A DNA stretch of 64,000 nucleotides from Lama glama (GCA_028534125.1 CM052817.1:9364001-9428000), one strand, 5' to 3'; numbered from the stretch's first letter, positions 1 through 12,974 are shown. Notes: generated by a model from the sequence alone, not told the origin. A program made the numbers and translations.

Positions 1-1494
1 AATCGAGATGTGAGTTGAAGTCAGTATGACTTAACCATTACCTTTTCGAGTTGTCTAGGGAGAAAGGTGAGTTGCTGAAATACGCCCACATTTTGTCTGC
101 TTTGTCATGAGAAGATAGCCCAAGTGACAAAGCAGGGCTTAGGGCCTTTGCAGAGCTGTTAATCTCATGTAGGAGTGAAAAGCTCGGAGGGGAATGTCTG
201 TAATGGCCGCGGCTGCTGGGTGCTAGCGCGCTGACTGTGCCGTTTGAAGTCTGGAGGAAAACTGACCTCCCGAGGATTTAGCATTTCTGGCAATACCACT
301 AACCTCTCCAGCAAACCACAACATGGCTCAGCGCTCACAGGACTGAACTGAGTCCAGAGGAACCCCGCCTAAGCCAGCTCACAGACCAACACACACAAGG
401 CAGGTGTTTCAAGCAAGTGACTATCTTACACATAACTATGCAAATCCAAGACTTTACTGACACTAAGAGACACCACAGAACCTTAAATAGAAAATATGAA
501 CAAAGGAAACTGGTAATTCTATTCAGAGAAAACGGGTTACCACCTGAGACTGGTTCCAAGACAAGCAAGGTTTAATCATAGCCAGGCCATTTGCCTAGGA
601 ACCTCCACCAGGAACTAAATCACACAATAAAATCTAGAAGTTCCTCGTATCCAGTGCTGCCAAGATGTTTGAGAGGGGTTGACCCTGCCACCCAGTCAAA
701 CCCATCCAACTGTTTTCCTCTCTGCTGACAAGGGTTCTCTGTGTGCTGTGGTCTGATTGGAAACCAGATCAGTTTTTAGCAAAAGCTGTTCTGTGAAGCC
801 GATTTTCCAGGAGCCACGATATAATTTCGCTCAGAAGTTGTGAGCCTGATTTTGAAAGTTGATATTGTTATGGAAGTTATCGCTGCACTGATCAATTGAG
901 GTTTCTTATTTTTTTCTTTTTCAAACTGGGGCAGAGGAATTGAATGAATGAGAAAATTAGGCCTTTAACAGAGGGAAAAAAAAAGTAAAACCCACACTAG
1001 AACATTTCGGAGGATGAATACAGTAAATTGTAAAACTTAAAAAAAAAAAAAAAGAAAGACGGCATTTTTCTGTAGTTCTGGCCCATTTTCCACCTTCTCC
1101 AGCTCATTCTGGGAGACCTCTCCCCTTCTCTTCCAAAACAACAGCAGCCTTAGCTTCGAGACCTTTTGTTATGTCAGCTCCCAAAGTGGGAGTTGTGTGA
1201 TAATGAGGTCTCCCAAGCCAGGCTCTGAGGACAGATAATAACTCTGTTGACTAGGGTTCCACCTTCCTTCTGACGCTTTCAATGGCCTGGAATAAGGCTC
1301 TCCCAGATAAGATGAGAAGTTATTGAACTTCTATCTTCTGAGTAGAAAACTAAAGGAAGTGACACCCTAGTGGAAAAGCCATGGCCTTTATCTTATTCGT
1401 TTTCAAACGTGAGGAGTGACTTTGATGTGTATTAAAAAAAAATGGGGGGAGAAGGAGTTCTCTAATAGTTTCCTAAGAATAAAGCAGTGATTTA

Positions 1495-1556
1495 AAAGAA
1501 AGAAAAGATGAGAAGAAAGAGAAAGGAAGGAAAGATGGAAGGAAGGAAGGAAGGAC
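1495..1556 (+). repeat. Purine-rich (GAAG/GAAA)n low-complexity tract
   Basis: aaaagaaagaaaagatgagaagaaagagaaaggaaggaaagatggaaggaaggaaggaagg. Confidence 0.8.
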
Positions 1557-1755
1557 AGCAAAGTTCAAAAATAAAGCCAAGACTACAATCATTCCCTGTG
1601 GAACAAACCGACCAACAGGTTTTTCTCTACAATATCTGTAGTTTGCAAAAGAAAATTAAGAAAATAGATGTGGCCCCCTCTTCTGGCAGTGTGGAGTAAC
1701 AGCGAGAGCAAACACTGATTTCTCTGATCTTTTGTTTTGTTGTTTATATTTTAAG

Positions 1756-1836
1756 GTTCTTCTTGAGGCTGTCGTCAGAAGATAACTATTGCATTAATTA
1801 TCAATGTTTCTATTCCCAGAAGCAAAAATGGGACAG
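1756..1836 (+). other. Candidate 81-nt spliced exon (gene unknown)
   Basis: T-rich acceptor ttttgttttgttgtttatattttaag|G and donor CAG|gtgagc, in apparently non-repetitive sequence. No protein homology recognised. Confidence 0.35.
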
Positions 1837-3004
1837 GTGAGCAGCTGTCCAGGAAGCTTCGAGATCTGACGCCCAAGCACATCAGGCGTCTGTCTGTCTG
1901 TTTGCACAGAGCAGGCATGCGTCCAGAAGGCAGAGTTGCCTTCTGTGCAGACAGGGAGACGACGCCCTTTGGATCAGCTGAGCGAAACAGAGAAGCACTG
2001 TGGACCTGAATGTTTCGGAAAGATATTTTGTCAGCTGGTGCTCTGACCACCCCGCCCTGAAACTCCAGCATAGCAGGATGGTTCCCCAGTTCTGCACGGA
2101 TGATGGATCACGGTGAGCAAAGACACACCTCCCCTGCTTCTCCATGATAACTGGTTCTTCCCCAGGACAAAAGCTCACAGAGTCCAGACTCACCCAGAGC
2201 ACATCTCTGGGCAAGAATTCTGTGAGGAGTTTGTGTGGGGAGGTGAGGATTGGTGGACAGAGCAGTGGTGGCAGGAAGCTGGCTGAGTCTGAGGGCTGAA
2301 CAAGCACACCCAACTGGTTTTTCTTCTTTTGTGTCCGCGAGGTCGCGCCTGGGTGGAGACCTTGTAGTGGGATGAAGTACCAGGGTCTTCCAAGATAAGG
2401 TGGGTCTGGATGGAGGCTGAGCCCAAAGGCACGTTCCTTCTCCCCTTCAATCCCAAATGAAGGTCCCCAACAACCCATGGAAATGGCAGCCTGTATAGAG
2501 GTCAGATAATAGTAACATTGTAAAACCCGAAACAAGATGTTGGTGCAGGGTGTCAAGTACCTATGCAAGCTGTAAAACCAAGGACACGAGTCTCTTTGTT
2601 CTGAAGCTAAGGAAACAGCTCAAATTTCATATCAAAGTACCAACTAAGACCAAGGGCACCAACACGTGACATCCCATGAAATCAATGATGACCGTCCTTC
2701 TGTAGGGTAGGGGCGCTAGCCTTCCCTGTCTCCACCATTTTTAGTCTTGTTCCAAGTGGGTTTGGGAACACAACTGAGGATTAACCTCGACATCATCATA
2801 ATATTGCTGACAACAGCAATAATACCACAGCAATAACTAATCTTTCTGTATGCCAGGTCCAATACAAATCGCTTTGCATGAACTGTCACATTTAATGTTT
2901 AAAACAAAGCTGCGAGGCAGCTATTCTTATGAATCCCATTTTATAGACGAGAACAAGGAAGATTAGCGAGAACAAGGACACACTAAAGATTATTTTTTTT
3001 CTTT

Positions 3005-3840
3005 TCATGTATTCATTAATTCAGTTTTCTGTTGAGCTCTGAAAAAGTCAGGCTGTATTCGAGGCACTAAGGATAGAGCAGTGAACAGAATATAGGCAGA
3101 TTCTTGCTCTCATGGAATCTACATAAAAGGATAAATAGATCATGCCATGAACTGAAAGTTGTCCCCCCGCCAAAATTCATATGTTGGAAGTCTGACCCCT
3201 AATGTGACTATATTTGAAGATGAGGCTTTTATGGATTAACTAAGGTTAAATGAGGTCATAGTAGGGTCCTAATCCCATAGGATTGTTGGCCTCATAAAAA
3301 GAGGAAGAAAGTGTCTCTCTCTCCCCGCTGACCCGCCCGTCTCTCCTCCCTTCCCTCTGCGTGTCCTCAGAGGAAAGGTCACGTGAGGAAGAGGCGATCA
3401 GGCCACCATCTACAAACCAGGAAGAGAACTCTCACTAGGAATCAAATCCTGCCAAACCTTGATCGGGAATTTCCAGTCCTCAGAAATATGAGAAATAAAT
3501 TCCAGTGCTTTAAAGCCCCAATCCAGCCTGTGGTATTTTGTTACCGCAGCCCCGAGCGGACTCATACAGGTTGCAGTCAAGTGGCAGTAAGTCTTAGGAA
3601 ATCGCTGTTTTCCTTTTCAGTGATGGGGTTTCTAGCTGATGTAGGGTTGGGTATCCTCTCTGATAAGGAGACTTTAGGGAAGAAATACAAAAAAAGTGGA
3701 GAAGCAAACTAAGTGGGCTCCTGGAGAAGGAGTGATCCAGGCAGAAAACACAACAAGGTCACCATGACGAGAAGAGAATAAATAGGGGGAGGGGTATGTA
3801 GCAGGAGACAGGTCTGAGATGCAATGAGAAGTATCTCTAC
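3005..3840 (-). mobile_element. L2 LINE 3' fragment, interrupted by a MaLR LTR
   Basis: tattcattaattca...ttgagc...ggcactaaggatagagcagtgaacaga matches the L2 3' end in reverse; L2-like sequence resumes after 3568. Confidence 0.65.
3143..3568 (+). mobile_element. ERVL-MaLR solo LTR (MLT1A-like)
   Basis: TG...CA ends; hallmark segments aaaattcatatgttggaag, aaggttaaatgaggtcata, agaaataaatt, tgtggtattttgtta. Confidence 0.85.
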
Positions 3841-3959
3841 CCAGGCAGTCTGCTCCCCTGACTTGCTCTGAAGCAGGTCACACAGCGTAGGTGCCTGACT
3901 TCATTTCATTTCCATTCGTCTGGTAATTCTTCATCCATCCCTTCATTTGCAGTTCTTTG

Positions 3960-6900
3960 GAATCACTCATTTACAGAGTGTCTCTTGTATCTAGTAGAGA
4001 GTTGGGATCTGCTTTACAAAGCAACTCGATTTTATAATTTTGTTTCCATAGATAAGTTAAACCCATTCACATTTATTGGCATGACTAGAATGGTTGTTTC
4101 GATTTTGTCTTATTGTCTCATATCATGATATATGTGTATATATTATTTACATTTACTGTCTTTCCTTCTCTGGTGTGCTGTCTTTTTTTCTCTTACAGTG
4201 TTTAGGGAAATTTTCATTTTTCATCTAGTAGTTCTCTTGGTATTAATACTTTTTATAGTTCTACTAATCTTCCATTTTCTTACTTAATCTTTGCTATCTT
4301 CTATGTCAGTCTTAAGAAGTATCCTTTTACACCTAAAAGAGTTATTATGCTTTCCACTACCTCTCTTTTCTTCTCATTTTAAAACTTTATTTATTTTTAA
4401 CTTTTTATTTTGAAATAATTTTAGATTCACAGGAAGTTGCAAAGATTTTACAGGGAAGTTTCATGTGTCCTTTACCCAGTTTCCCCCAGTAGCTCAATAT
4501 ACAACATTACAGCACAGTATCAGAACCAGAAATTGACACTGGTACGATGTGTTTATAGCGCCATGTCATTTTTAACACATATGGATTAGTGTAACCACCA
4601 CTGAAATCAAGGTACAAACGATTCCAAATCACAAGTATTTCACTGTCACTGCCTTTTAAGGTCACACCCACTCCCATCCCTCCCCAAACCCCTGAACACT
4701 GGCAATCATGTATTTGTCCTCCATCTATAGTTTGTCATTTTGAGAATATTATCTTTAATTACTGATATGTTAGAGCTTGAGTCTGCCGTATGATTTTTGT
4801 TTGTTTGTTTTTTGGCTTGTTCTCTCTGTTTTTCAATTTTCTTTTCCTTTTCCTGCCTTCTGTAGATCTCTTGAACATTTTTTAGCATTCCAGTTTTATC
4901 TATCATGCTGGCATGATTTGGGGTACTTGCCGAACTCAGGGCCTTTGCACTTGCTGGTGCACACTGACTGAGCATTTTTTTCCCCAGCTTTTGGCAGAAG
5001 TTTTTGAATATATCTCTTTGTATAACTTTTTTGGTGATTATTTTAGGTATTCTATATACATTATTATATATATTATGCACATAATATTATACATCGTATA
5101 CATAATTTATCACAGTCTATTGGTGATGACATTGTATCAGTTTGAGTGAAGTGTAGAAACCTTGCCTCCCTTTAAGTCCCTTTGCCTTTCCTGTTCATAA
5201 TAAAATTTTCTTACATATTTCTCTGAATCTGCTGGGAACCACATGAGACACTTCCATAGAAACACAAGAGGACACGGGAAGTCTTTTGTATATTTATCCA
5301 TCTTTTTACCCTTTTTGCGGTTCTTTCTTCTTTGTAACGTTCATCATTTCTCCTTTCATCATTTTCTTTCTGTTTAGAGAACTTCCTTTAGCCATCCTTC
5401 TAGGGTAGATCCGCTGGTGACAAACTTTCTTAGTTTTCCTTCATCTTAATTTCCTCTTCATTCCTGAAGCATATTTTTGCTGGATACAGAAATCTGGGTT
5501 GAAAGGAAAGAATTTTATTTTTCTTGCAGCACTTGAAAAACATCATGTAGGCCCCCACTTCTCTTTTCTTTCAGGAGTAGTGACGGGGCTGCATTTCCTT
5601 CTGTGATTTTACGCTTGAGTTGAGCAGTTACTGTCTAAAAGTTTTTTACCTTTTTGGGCTCTCCTGTTCTTGGCCCTTGGGTTGAAAAGATTAGGCTTTC
5701 CTTCGGAATATTTACATCTCATTGGCACTCCCGGCTTGTTGGTTTCTCCTGTATCTAATCTGGGATAGATGAGACAAACAGCAAACCAGGGAACACCACC
5801 ATGTCATTTCCTGGGCCCTGAGATTCCCTAGAAAGTCCTCCTTCTTCTCCACCTTTCCTAAGTCTTCTTATGTTCATTATATATAATGTTCAGGTTTTTA
5901 GCTTTATATAGTGGTAGGAATATAGAAAAGTATGTCTTCTCCATCATTCCAGAAGTGGAAATCTCTCATTTTCCCAGTTGCATTGTTCCTTCATTGTTAG
6001 AATGTTTAACATCTTCATCTGATTTTTCATCAGTCCTTTTGCCAAAGTTGTCCCTGTCGTCTCTTCATTGAGTGAAGATTATTCCCTATAGACAGTGCTG
6101 CTGCTCCAGTGCTTTGCTTTGTATGTTGTTTTCAAAACACCAGTCTAATTCGCTTGCCTCTCTAAGTGGTTCCATCTTTTTACCCGGAGGGCCTGAAGAT
6201 TTCTTCTTTTTCTTTGAAGTCTATTCATCTTTCTAGTCCATGTCTCAGAGTTGACTGTTTCAGGTCAGTTTTTCTTAGTAGCCTTTGACTCTGTCTATGT
6301 GTGAATTTAGATCTTCTTTTACTTACAGAACTCTTCTCAACTTACAGTTTTTAATGTTAGTTCTGTTCCATTGTTTTGATTCTCTTCTTTGGGGTTGCCA
6401 ATCATAGATATGTTGGATCCCCTTTGCCAGTTGCTTGCATTTCAACCACTTTTCCTATGACTCTTTTTACTTTGTTCTTTACCTCATTTGAATTTATTTT
6501 TATTCTTCAAATTGTTTTTTCTTCAATAGTTTTTATTAAATGTTTGATTCTATCATCTTCTCGAGTACTTTGTAATTTAGTCTTCAACACTGATATAAGT
6601 TTATCTTTTTCTCTATTTCTCTCCCAAGTCTAAATGGGTTTTTGGGGACTTGAGAGAGTCTATTTCTGGTCTTAGTTTTTATATTTCTGATACATGATAG
6701 TATTTACTATCGCTAAATTAATTCACTTTGGAGTATTCTCTACAGTTGTTTTACAGTTTCCTTTTGATTTTTAGTTGAATTTTCTGGTAAGAATTTCCAT
6801 CAGCAGAAATGCTTTGACTCTCATTTTCAAAATTTTTACAGTAATTTTATATGGCTATGGTCTATTTTCCTGGATTCTTATTTCTTTTACAAACAGCGCT

Positions 6901-7460
6901 CCTAGTTTAAGAGCTCCTTGAGTCTTCCCTCTTTTGTGCAGTTTCTTTTAGGAATAATTTTGGTAATGATGGCATGGGGAAAGGAGAGTCTATTTCTCTC
7001 AGAAACTTCTTAATCTTTCCTACTTATTTCCTTCATTCCTTCATGGATTTGTCTCCAATGGGTATCACCCCTTCTCTGTATATCTGTACCTCCCCCAGAA
7101 GTAATGCTTCTCAAATTCTGCCTTTCCATTCTCTCACATATTCAAAACTCTTCCCTGTATCCTGTCCTGTGAAATTCCAAGTTGCAGCCTGTGTTTTGTA
7201 TATTAGTATTTAAAGTTGGACTTTCTGTTTCCAGGGTTGTTTCATTTGTGCTTTATCTAGATTCTCTGCTCTCCTCCACACTTCTCCTAAGCCTCCTCTT
7301 TTCTACTCTCACACCCACCTTGTTGAATTTCATCCTCTTCTCTACTTGTACGTAAATTAAAGGCCATGGTGTCTCTGTCTCCTAGTAATGTCAGAGGCAC
7401 GATCATACACAGTTTTATTTGCTCTTCTGGTTGTTTCTATGTGTTTTCCTTTGGAAAGCC
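3960..7460 (-). mobile_element. Cluster of old degraded L1 fragments (L1MC/MD/ME-type)
   Basis: T-rich antisense L1. An L1MC-type 3' end (aactttttattttgaaataattttagattcacaggaagttgcaaag) lies at about 4400-4745; antisense ORF1-like segments lie at about 5380-5560 and 6180-6600. Confidence 0.7.
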
Positions 7461-8319
7461 TCCATTGTCCTGTAACCCAGAAGTCTCCTCTGTCTGACTT
7501 CAGAGACAGTCAACAAAGCAGCTACTCTAAGCAGCTACCTAACTCTAAGCCTCACTCAGTTACAGGTCTGGGGGGAGAATATGTCCCAAAGCTCCGGTTT
7601 TGTATTTCTTTTTATTGTTTCACTTTCCCTACAAAGACATGATATTTTCAATTATTTTTGTCTACCAAGAAAGAAAACCCTATTGACTAAGTCATAATTT
7701 CTTCATTGATTCTCTTTTAGCCAATGATACCCTATCTGACGGCAGTATTCACAGAGTTGATTAAGTAACCACCAAGCAAAGAGGCATTTCATGTGGTCAG
7801 AGCTAAACTTTCTATGGCCGATGTTCAGTGCTCACTAAAATTATTTAACATTGAAAATAACTTGCGAATGCTAGTTGTTGCCTTTGTAAATATCTGGAGG
7901 ATCAGCCATCCTTAGGCTGGGAAATATTGCTCTGTCCATTCAATCTCATTTATTCAACAAACGTTTGCAGGCAACTAGGGTTATATAAAAGAAGAATTCT
8001 ACTCCAGCCCATGGAGAACGTTTAATGGATGGGAGTGGGAGCAGGACTGTGGGGAGATAGATAAGCATGAATTATCATGCAGGGTTGTAAGCACCTTAAT
8101 AAATGTTTTTCCTAAGAGTGGGGTCAAAAGTGAAAAAGGATCAAGTTTGCATGGGTGAACTAGAAAAGGCTTCATGAAGGATGTGTCTAAACCAGTTCTT
8201 AAGAGAATGAGTAAAATCAGCTTGTTCCAGGAGTCAGTGCCTCCCAAAACTGCCTTCCGAAAACAGTGAGAAATACAAGTTGGAACCCACCTCCACACCT
8301 TCACTCCTCAAACACATGA

Positions 8320-8337
8320 ACACACACACACACACAC
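8320..8337. repeat. (CA)n microsatellite
   Basis: Direct read. Confidence 0.9.
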
Positions 8338-9352
8338 CAAACTCAACAGAAATTGGATACATTCTGTTCTTATTTAAAAAGTGATAGTTTTAACTATGGG
8401 AGTGTATCAGCGTCATCCAAAGAACTTTTTAATTTTCAAAACGCCTGAGCAAGAGGCCTTTCTGCCAACAGTCTTGCATTACCTTCAGTGTGGAAATAGG
8501 ACTGAGGCATTCACTGACGTCAAGATTTATGCAACTTTGTTCTCTAATGTAGCGAGAACTGGACCAAAGGATCCCTTGCTTATCACTAGATTTCCTCCAG
8601 GAAAACGCTTCTCTCCACAGAATTAGAATTCTCTTCTATAGAATGTAATGTCATGTCAGTCCAAACAACTTTGAGAATTTCTCAAATTTTAGGGCAAGAC
8701 ACGGGAAGACTTCAGTTTTTAAAGAACAAGTTCATGAGCTCCATCGCGGGGGGCAGGCCTATTTCCCCAGCCCCCTGCAAGGTGATTCCAGTCAACAGTA
8801 CCATCTGAGTGCTCTCGCAAGAAGAGCAAATTCACTTCTCCTAGTGCTTCCTTCTTCCAAAGAAATATAAACCTGTTGGGTTGGTCATTAGTTCATTCCA
8901 TTTTGTTTGATCAAAGGGAACAGGGAATCCTCTGAGAATCCTCTCTCAGGTGGAAGGGCCAGCTGCGTGCTGCCCGCCATCCACCCCTGCACAGCGACCC
9001 CTGACTCCGTCCTGACTGGCAGCTGCAGGGCTTTCTGTGTCGATCTGCCGGTTTTGCAGGACAGCCCCAGTGGGATGACAAGCAATGAGGGAGCGCATGT
9101 CCCAGGAGGAGGCTTAGGATTTTAAACTCCAGGTCCTGTCTTTCAGCTTCTCAGATCTAAGTTCCCTATGTGTTAGGGTGATGGGGCTGGGGGCAGTGAG
9201 GCAGGTCGGAGACAAGTTACGTGTTGACGAGCGCCCCACTCTCAAAGCCTGGACCTTTTGTCAGGGACTTGCCTGCAGCTGTAGCCTGTCTTTCGAAACT
9301 GCCTCAGGACTCTGTGAAGAAACATAAGAAGACATGTGATTCTTCTCTCCTT

Positions 9353-9507
9353 CTATTTTTCATTTACTTTATTTCATTTATTGAAGTACAGTCAATTACG
9401 ATGTGTCAATCTCTGGTGTACAGCACAATGTCCCAGTCATTACAGCAAAATATCCCAGTCATGCGTGTACATACATATATTCATTTTCATTTTTTTTCCC
9501 ACTAAAG
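9353..9507 (-). mobile_element. 5'-truncated camelid L1 3' end
   Basis: attgaagtacagtcaattac...ctggtgtacagcac is the reverse complement of the 3' end of the L1 at 45454-46347. Perfect 17-bp TSD gtgattcttctctcctt (9336-9352 / 9508-9524) followed by ttaa. Confidence 0.92.
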
Positions 9508-9772
9508 GTGATTCTTCTCTCCTTTTAAATTTCAAATGTGGCAGGGTTATAAACTTTGTGGGAGAGACAAGAAATGCCCCTAAATTAACAACCCTCCATT
9601 TATGGGGCACTCACTATAAGCTGGCCATTATGTGAGCACTGAGGAAATATCAGTGAAGAGACACAGTTCTTGCCTTCCTCAAGCTCCCTGTCCAGGGAGA
9701 GAGCGAGACAAGAACACTGCTGAATTATCAGTCATTTAGAAGTACTGCAGAGAAAAATAATAAAATAAATTA

Positions 9773-9895
9773 GGAGGAAGGATGTAGCTCAAGTGGTAGA
9801 GTGCATGCTTAGTATGCACAAGGTCCTGGGTTCAATCCCCAGTACCTCCTCTAAAAGTGAATAATACATCTAATTACCAACCCCAACAAAAAAAT
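9773..9895 (+). mobile_element. tRNA-Ala-derived camelid SINE (Vic-1-like, long-tail form)
   Basis: A box gtagctcaagtgg, B box gggttcaatccc, then ctaaaa...ctaattacc...A-rich tail. Confidence 0.9.
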
Positions 9896-10299
9896 AGGAA
9901 AATAAAATCACCATCATCATCATCATCACAGAATTATTGCAGAGATCTAGGCAAAAATGTGGGTACCCCCAATCAAGCAGCCCAGTGACCTGTGAGCCAC
10001 CCCACCCCCTCCCCCACCTCACCTCACATCCCCCACTTTACACTTTTGCTACATTTATCTCTTATTTGTTGCTTCCAACTGCTAAGCACTTTTCCAACTC
10101 AAGGCCTTTGCATTTGCTCTGGCCTCTGCCTGCAAATACTTTCCCTCCAGCTTTTAGAAAGTCTGCCCCATTTTTGTCCTTTAGCTCTTGGCTTAAATTT
10201 GTTTCCTCCTCAAAGAGCCCTTCTTTGGGGTCTCCTCAGACTGAGAAACCATGCATTTTACTTTTACCGTTTTACTTCTTATCTAATAGCTTTTAACAC

Positions 10300-10708
10300 T
10301 GTCAGAGAGAAATAAGGCCAGGCTCTTGTTAAAGACAACAAGACAGATCTTGCTAAGGTGAGTGCAGGAAGGGAGAGAGACTGCAGCATAGACTGAGCTC
10401 AGCTCCAGCTAAGACACAGATGACTGGGGTTTTAAAAGGAGAACAGAGAAGTAACAAGAGAGGATTACAGGGAAGCATAAAAGGAGGAACAAAGAGAGTA
10501 GGGGGCTACAAGGTAATGAAAAATTATAGGAGGGGAGTAAGTGGAGAATTATGGAAAATGGTTTAGCAGTGAGGCCTGGGACAAGCTACATTTTGCCTTT
10601 TGGCAGCATCGTGTTTTCTTGCGCAGAGACCCAGCCCAGGGGTCACCTGCAAGGACAAAGCCTAGTGCAGGCAGAAACCAGGCTAAAATTAGGTCAAATC
10701 TCTTAGCA
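10300..10708 (-). mobile_element. ERV solo LTR (ERV1 MER67/MER65-like, tentative), inserted in L2
   Basis: TG...CA ends (tgtcagagag...ctcttagca); ctgagctcagctcc...ggggttttaaa motif; L2-like flanks. Confidence 0.5.
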
Positions 10709-10899
10709 CGGTGTTCAGGCAAGTCCTTTGTGCCATGTGGGTTCATGGTTCCCAACTCACACATTTATGCTTATGTATTTTTCTTTAATCAATATCTGGA
10801 GTTAATTGGTATCTATAGCTTCTTCCCAAATAGGACAAAAACTAACTGAATTTTAAATTGCCACATTTTCTTGATCTGCTTACAGTTATCACATCTGAG

Positions 10900-12470
10900 A
10901 TGTAATGATCAGCTATTTGAACAATCAAAACATTTGTGTTCTCTATAACATATTTCACTGCTTTTCTTTTCTCTTTTCTTTTTTCACCCCGTATTGTCCT
11001 CTTAGATTTATTTTGGTTTGTTTTGCCAAGTGGAACTTCTAGTAATTGTTTCAGTTAGAGTTTAAAGATAGTAAAACATCCGAGTTTCTGAAATGTGGCT
11101 TTTTTGTCCTCTTGCTTGAGCTGAAGAATAGTTTGGCTGGGTGTAGAATGATGGTATTGTTATATTTTCTTCTTGCATCTAATGTCATGAAGGAGAAGAC
11201 TTATGCCAACATGATCCTTATTCTCTTGTAGAAGAGACTCCCCCCCCACCCCTTGTGTTTAAGTTTCTTGGTTTTGCTCTTTATTTTTGGTGGTATAAAA
11301 TTTTTCTACAATATTTCTGGATGTGGATCATCTTATATTCCTCCTGCCGAATATCTAGTTCTCCTTTTCAGTCTAACTCATGTCTTCCTCAAATTGCATA
11401 TGCTTCTTTTATAATTTTTTGACTCTTTCCATCTATTCTCTGTGTTCTTTTCTTCCAGAACCCTTCCTAGAACTTCTGATATCTTCTAATTCATAATTGT
11501 TCTTTAATGTATTCATTTTTGCCTTCCGAGAAAATGTCTCAATGATCCTCCAGCTATAAGTTCCCTTTGTGCTCCTATGCATTTTGCTATCCAGTACATC
11601 TGCTAATTTCTCCTTTTATTTCAACAACTTTCTATAACCTAGATCTCTAGTTGAGTCTCTATTTGAATGCAACATGCTTTCTCGTCTCTCTGTATTTGCT
11701 ATATTAATTTGATTCCCTTAGTTTTCGGAACCAGGGTTGGTTGAGTTTGCTGACTCTTTTTATTAGATTGACTTTCTTAAATGTTGCATGCACCTTGGTT
11801 TTATGCTCATCTTTGTAGCTTTGATTTTCTGTTTGCCTGTTGGAGAGCTGATTATTCTGCCTGTTGCCATGATGGTAAAGCAAAGGTGGAGGCACTGCTG
11901 GCTGGGATGGTCAGTAGCCAGTCTTCAGTCATGGAGAAGCTTTATTTCCCTTAAGTAGCACCAGCCACCCAGGGGAATGTTCTGCTTCTAGGTCCAATGC
12001 CTTCACTTACTGCTACTACCAAGGGACAGACCCTTCTGCTACTGCTCTCATAAGTGTGGTGTGCATGGCAGTGGTGACAGGGTGGGGGGAGGCCATCTGG
12101 ACTCTGCTACCATGATACTGTAGAGGCCACCTTGACCACCAAGAGCTCCCTAGGGCTCCCTCCTTCTCCAGCATCCAATCCTCAGCTTTTAGACACAGTT
12201 TGTGAAGCCACCCCCAACTAGGAGCAGGCCCCCCGGGTGTGTTTAGGGCCACAGCTTTATCAATTATTCGTATCCCATCTGCCTCAAGCCTTTCAGGAAT
12301 TCTTTACAATTTCTGCTCCCGGGAGCTCTGTAGAGGTGTTGTTTCACAGCTCTGTTATGGATAATTTTATTCTATATATTTGTAGTTTAAAAACAAAGGA
12401 CATTGTAGCATATGCTCAGTTTATCATCTTAATAACATCTTCTGTATTTAATTTGCAAATTTGTTTCTGA
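10900..12470 (-). mobile_element. Very old L1 (L1M5/HAL1-like) 5'/ORF1 remnant
   Basis: Antisense L1-like segments such as ctgaagaatagtttggctgggtgtagaat and tctaatgtcatgaaggagaagacttatgccaacatgat. Confidence 0.55.
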
Positions 12471-12974
12471 TTAATAGCTGTACAAGAACTATAAGCATAA
12501 GGGTATGTATGCAATTTGTTTGTACACACTTAAGTAATATCACAATTAAAATAATGGAACAACACAAGGAAATCACTCTGTTTTAAAATATTATTGGAAA
12601 TGCTATCTATATGCTATCCCTGTCTGAGAAATACTATTCTGGGTTGTTTAACATGAACTTACTTTATCTAGACTTGATTCAAAAATTACAGAGGGAAAGA
12701 CTGAATATAATACTTCCCCTGCCTCAGTCACAAAGCCCTAACAATAGAAGCAAGCTGAGTGCTAGTACCCTCTGCAATGACCCCTGCTTCAGGCAGTAGC
12801 AGTCTATTTTGGGCCTGCCAACCTGCTGGCCAAACAGAACGGGGAGAAGGAAGGGAAATAAAGCTGAGGTGTAAATGACAGGCTTGTGCAATATTTTTAG
12901 CATGCCAACTAATTTCAAACATATTGCACTGACTTGTCCTGACAATAACCTGGGTGTTTTAATATTAGTGGATT

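Noticed and set aside
1358..1692. Weaker CTCF-like matches on the - strand at about 1360 and 1672
   Set aside because: Mismatches at informative core positions; cannot be supported without matrix scoring or ChIP.
1882..2568. Longest gap-free ORF (228 aa, - strand)
   Set aside because: Non-ATG start, no recognisable domain, and composition typical of a chance ORF.
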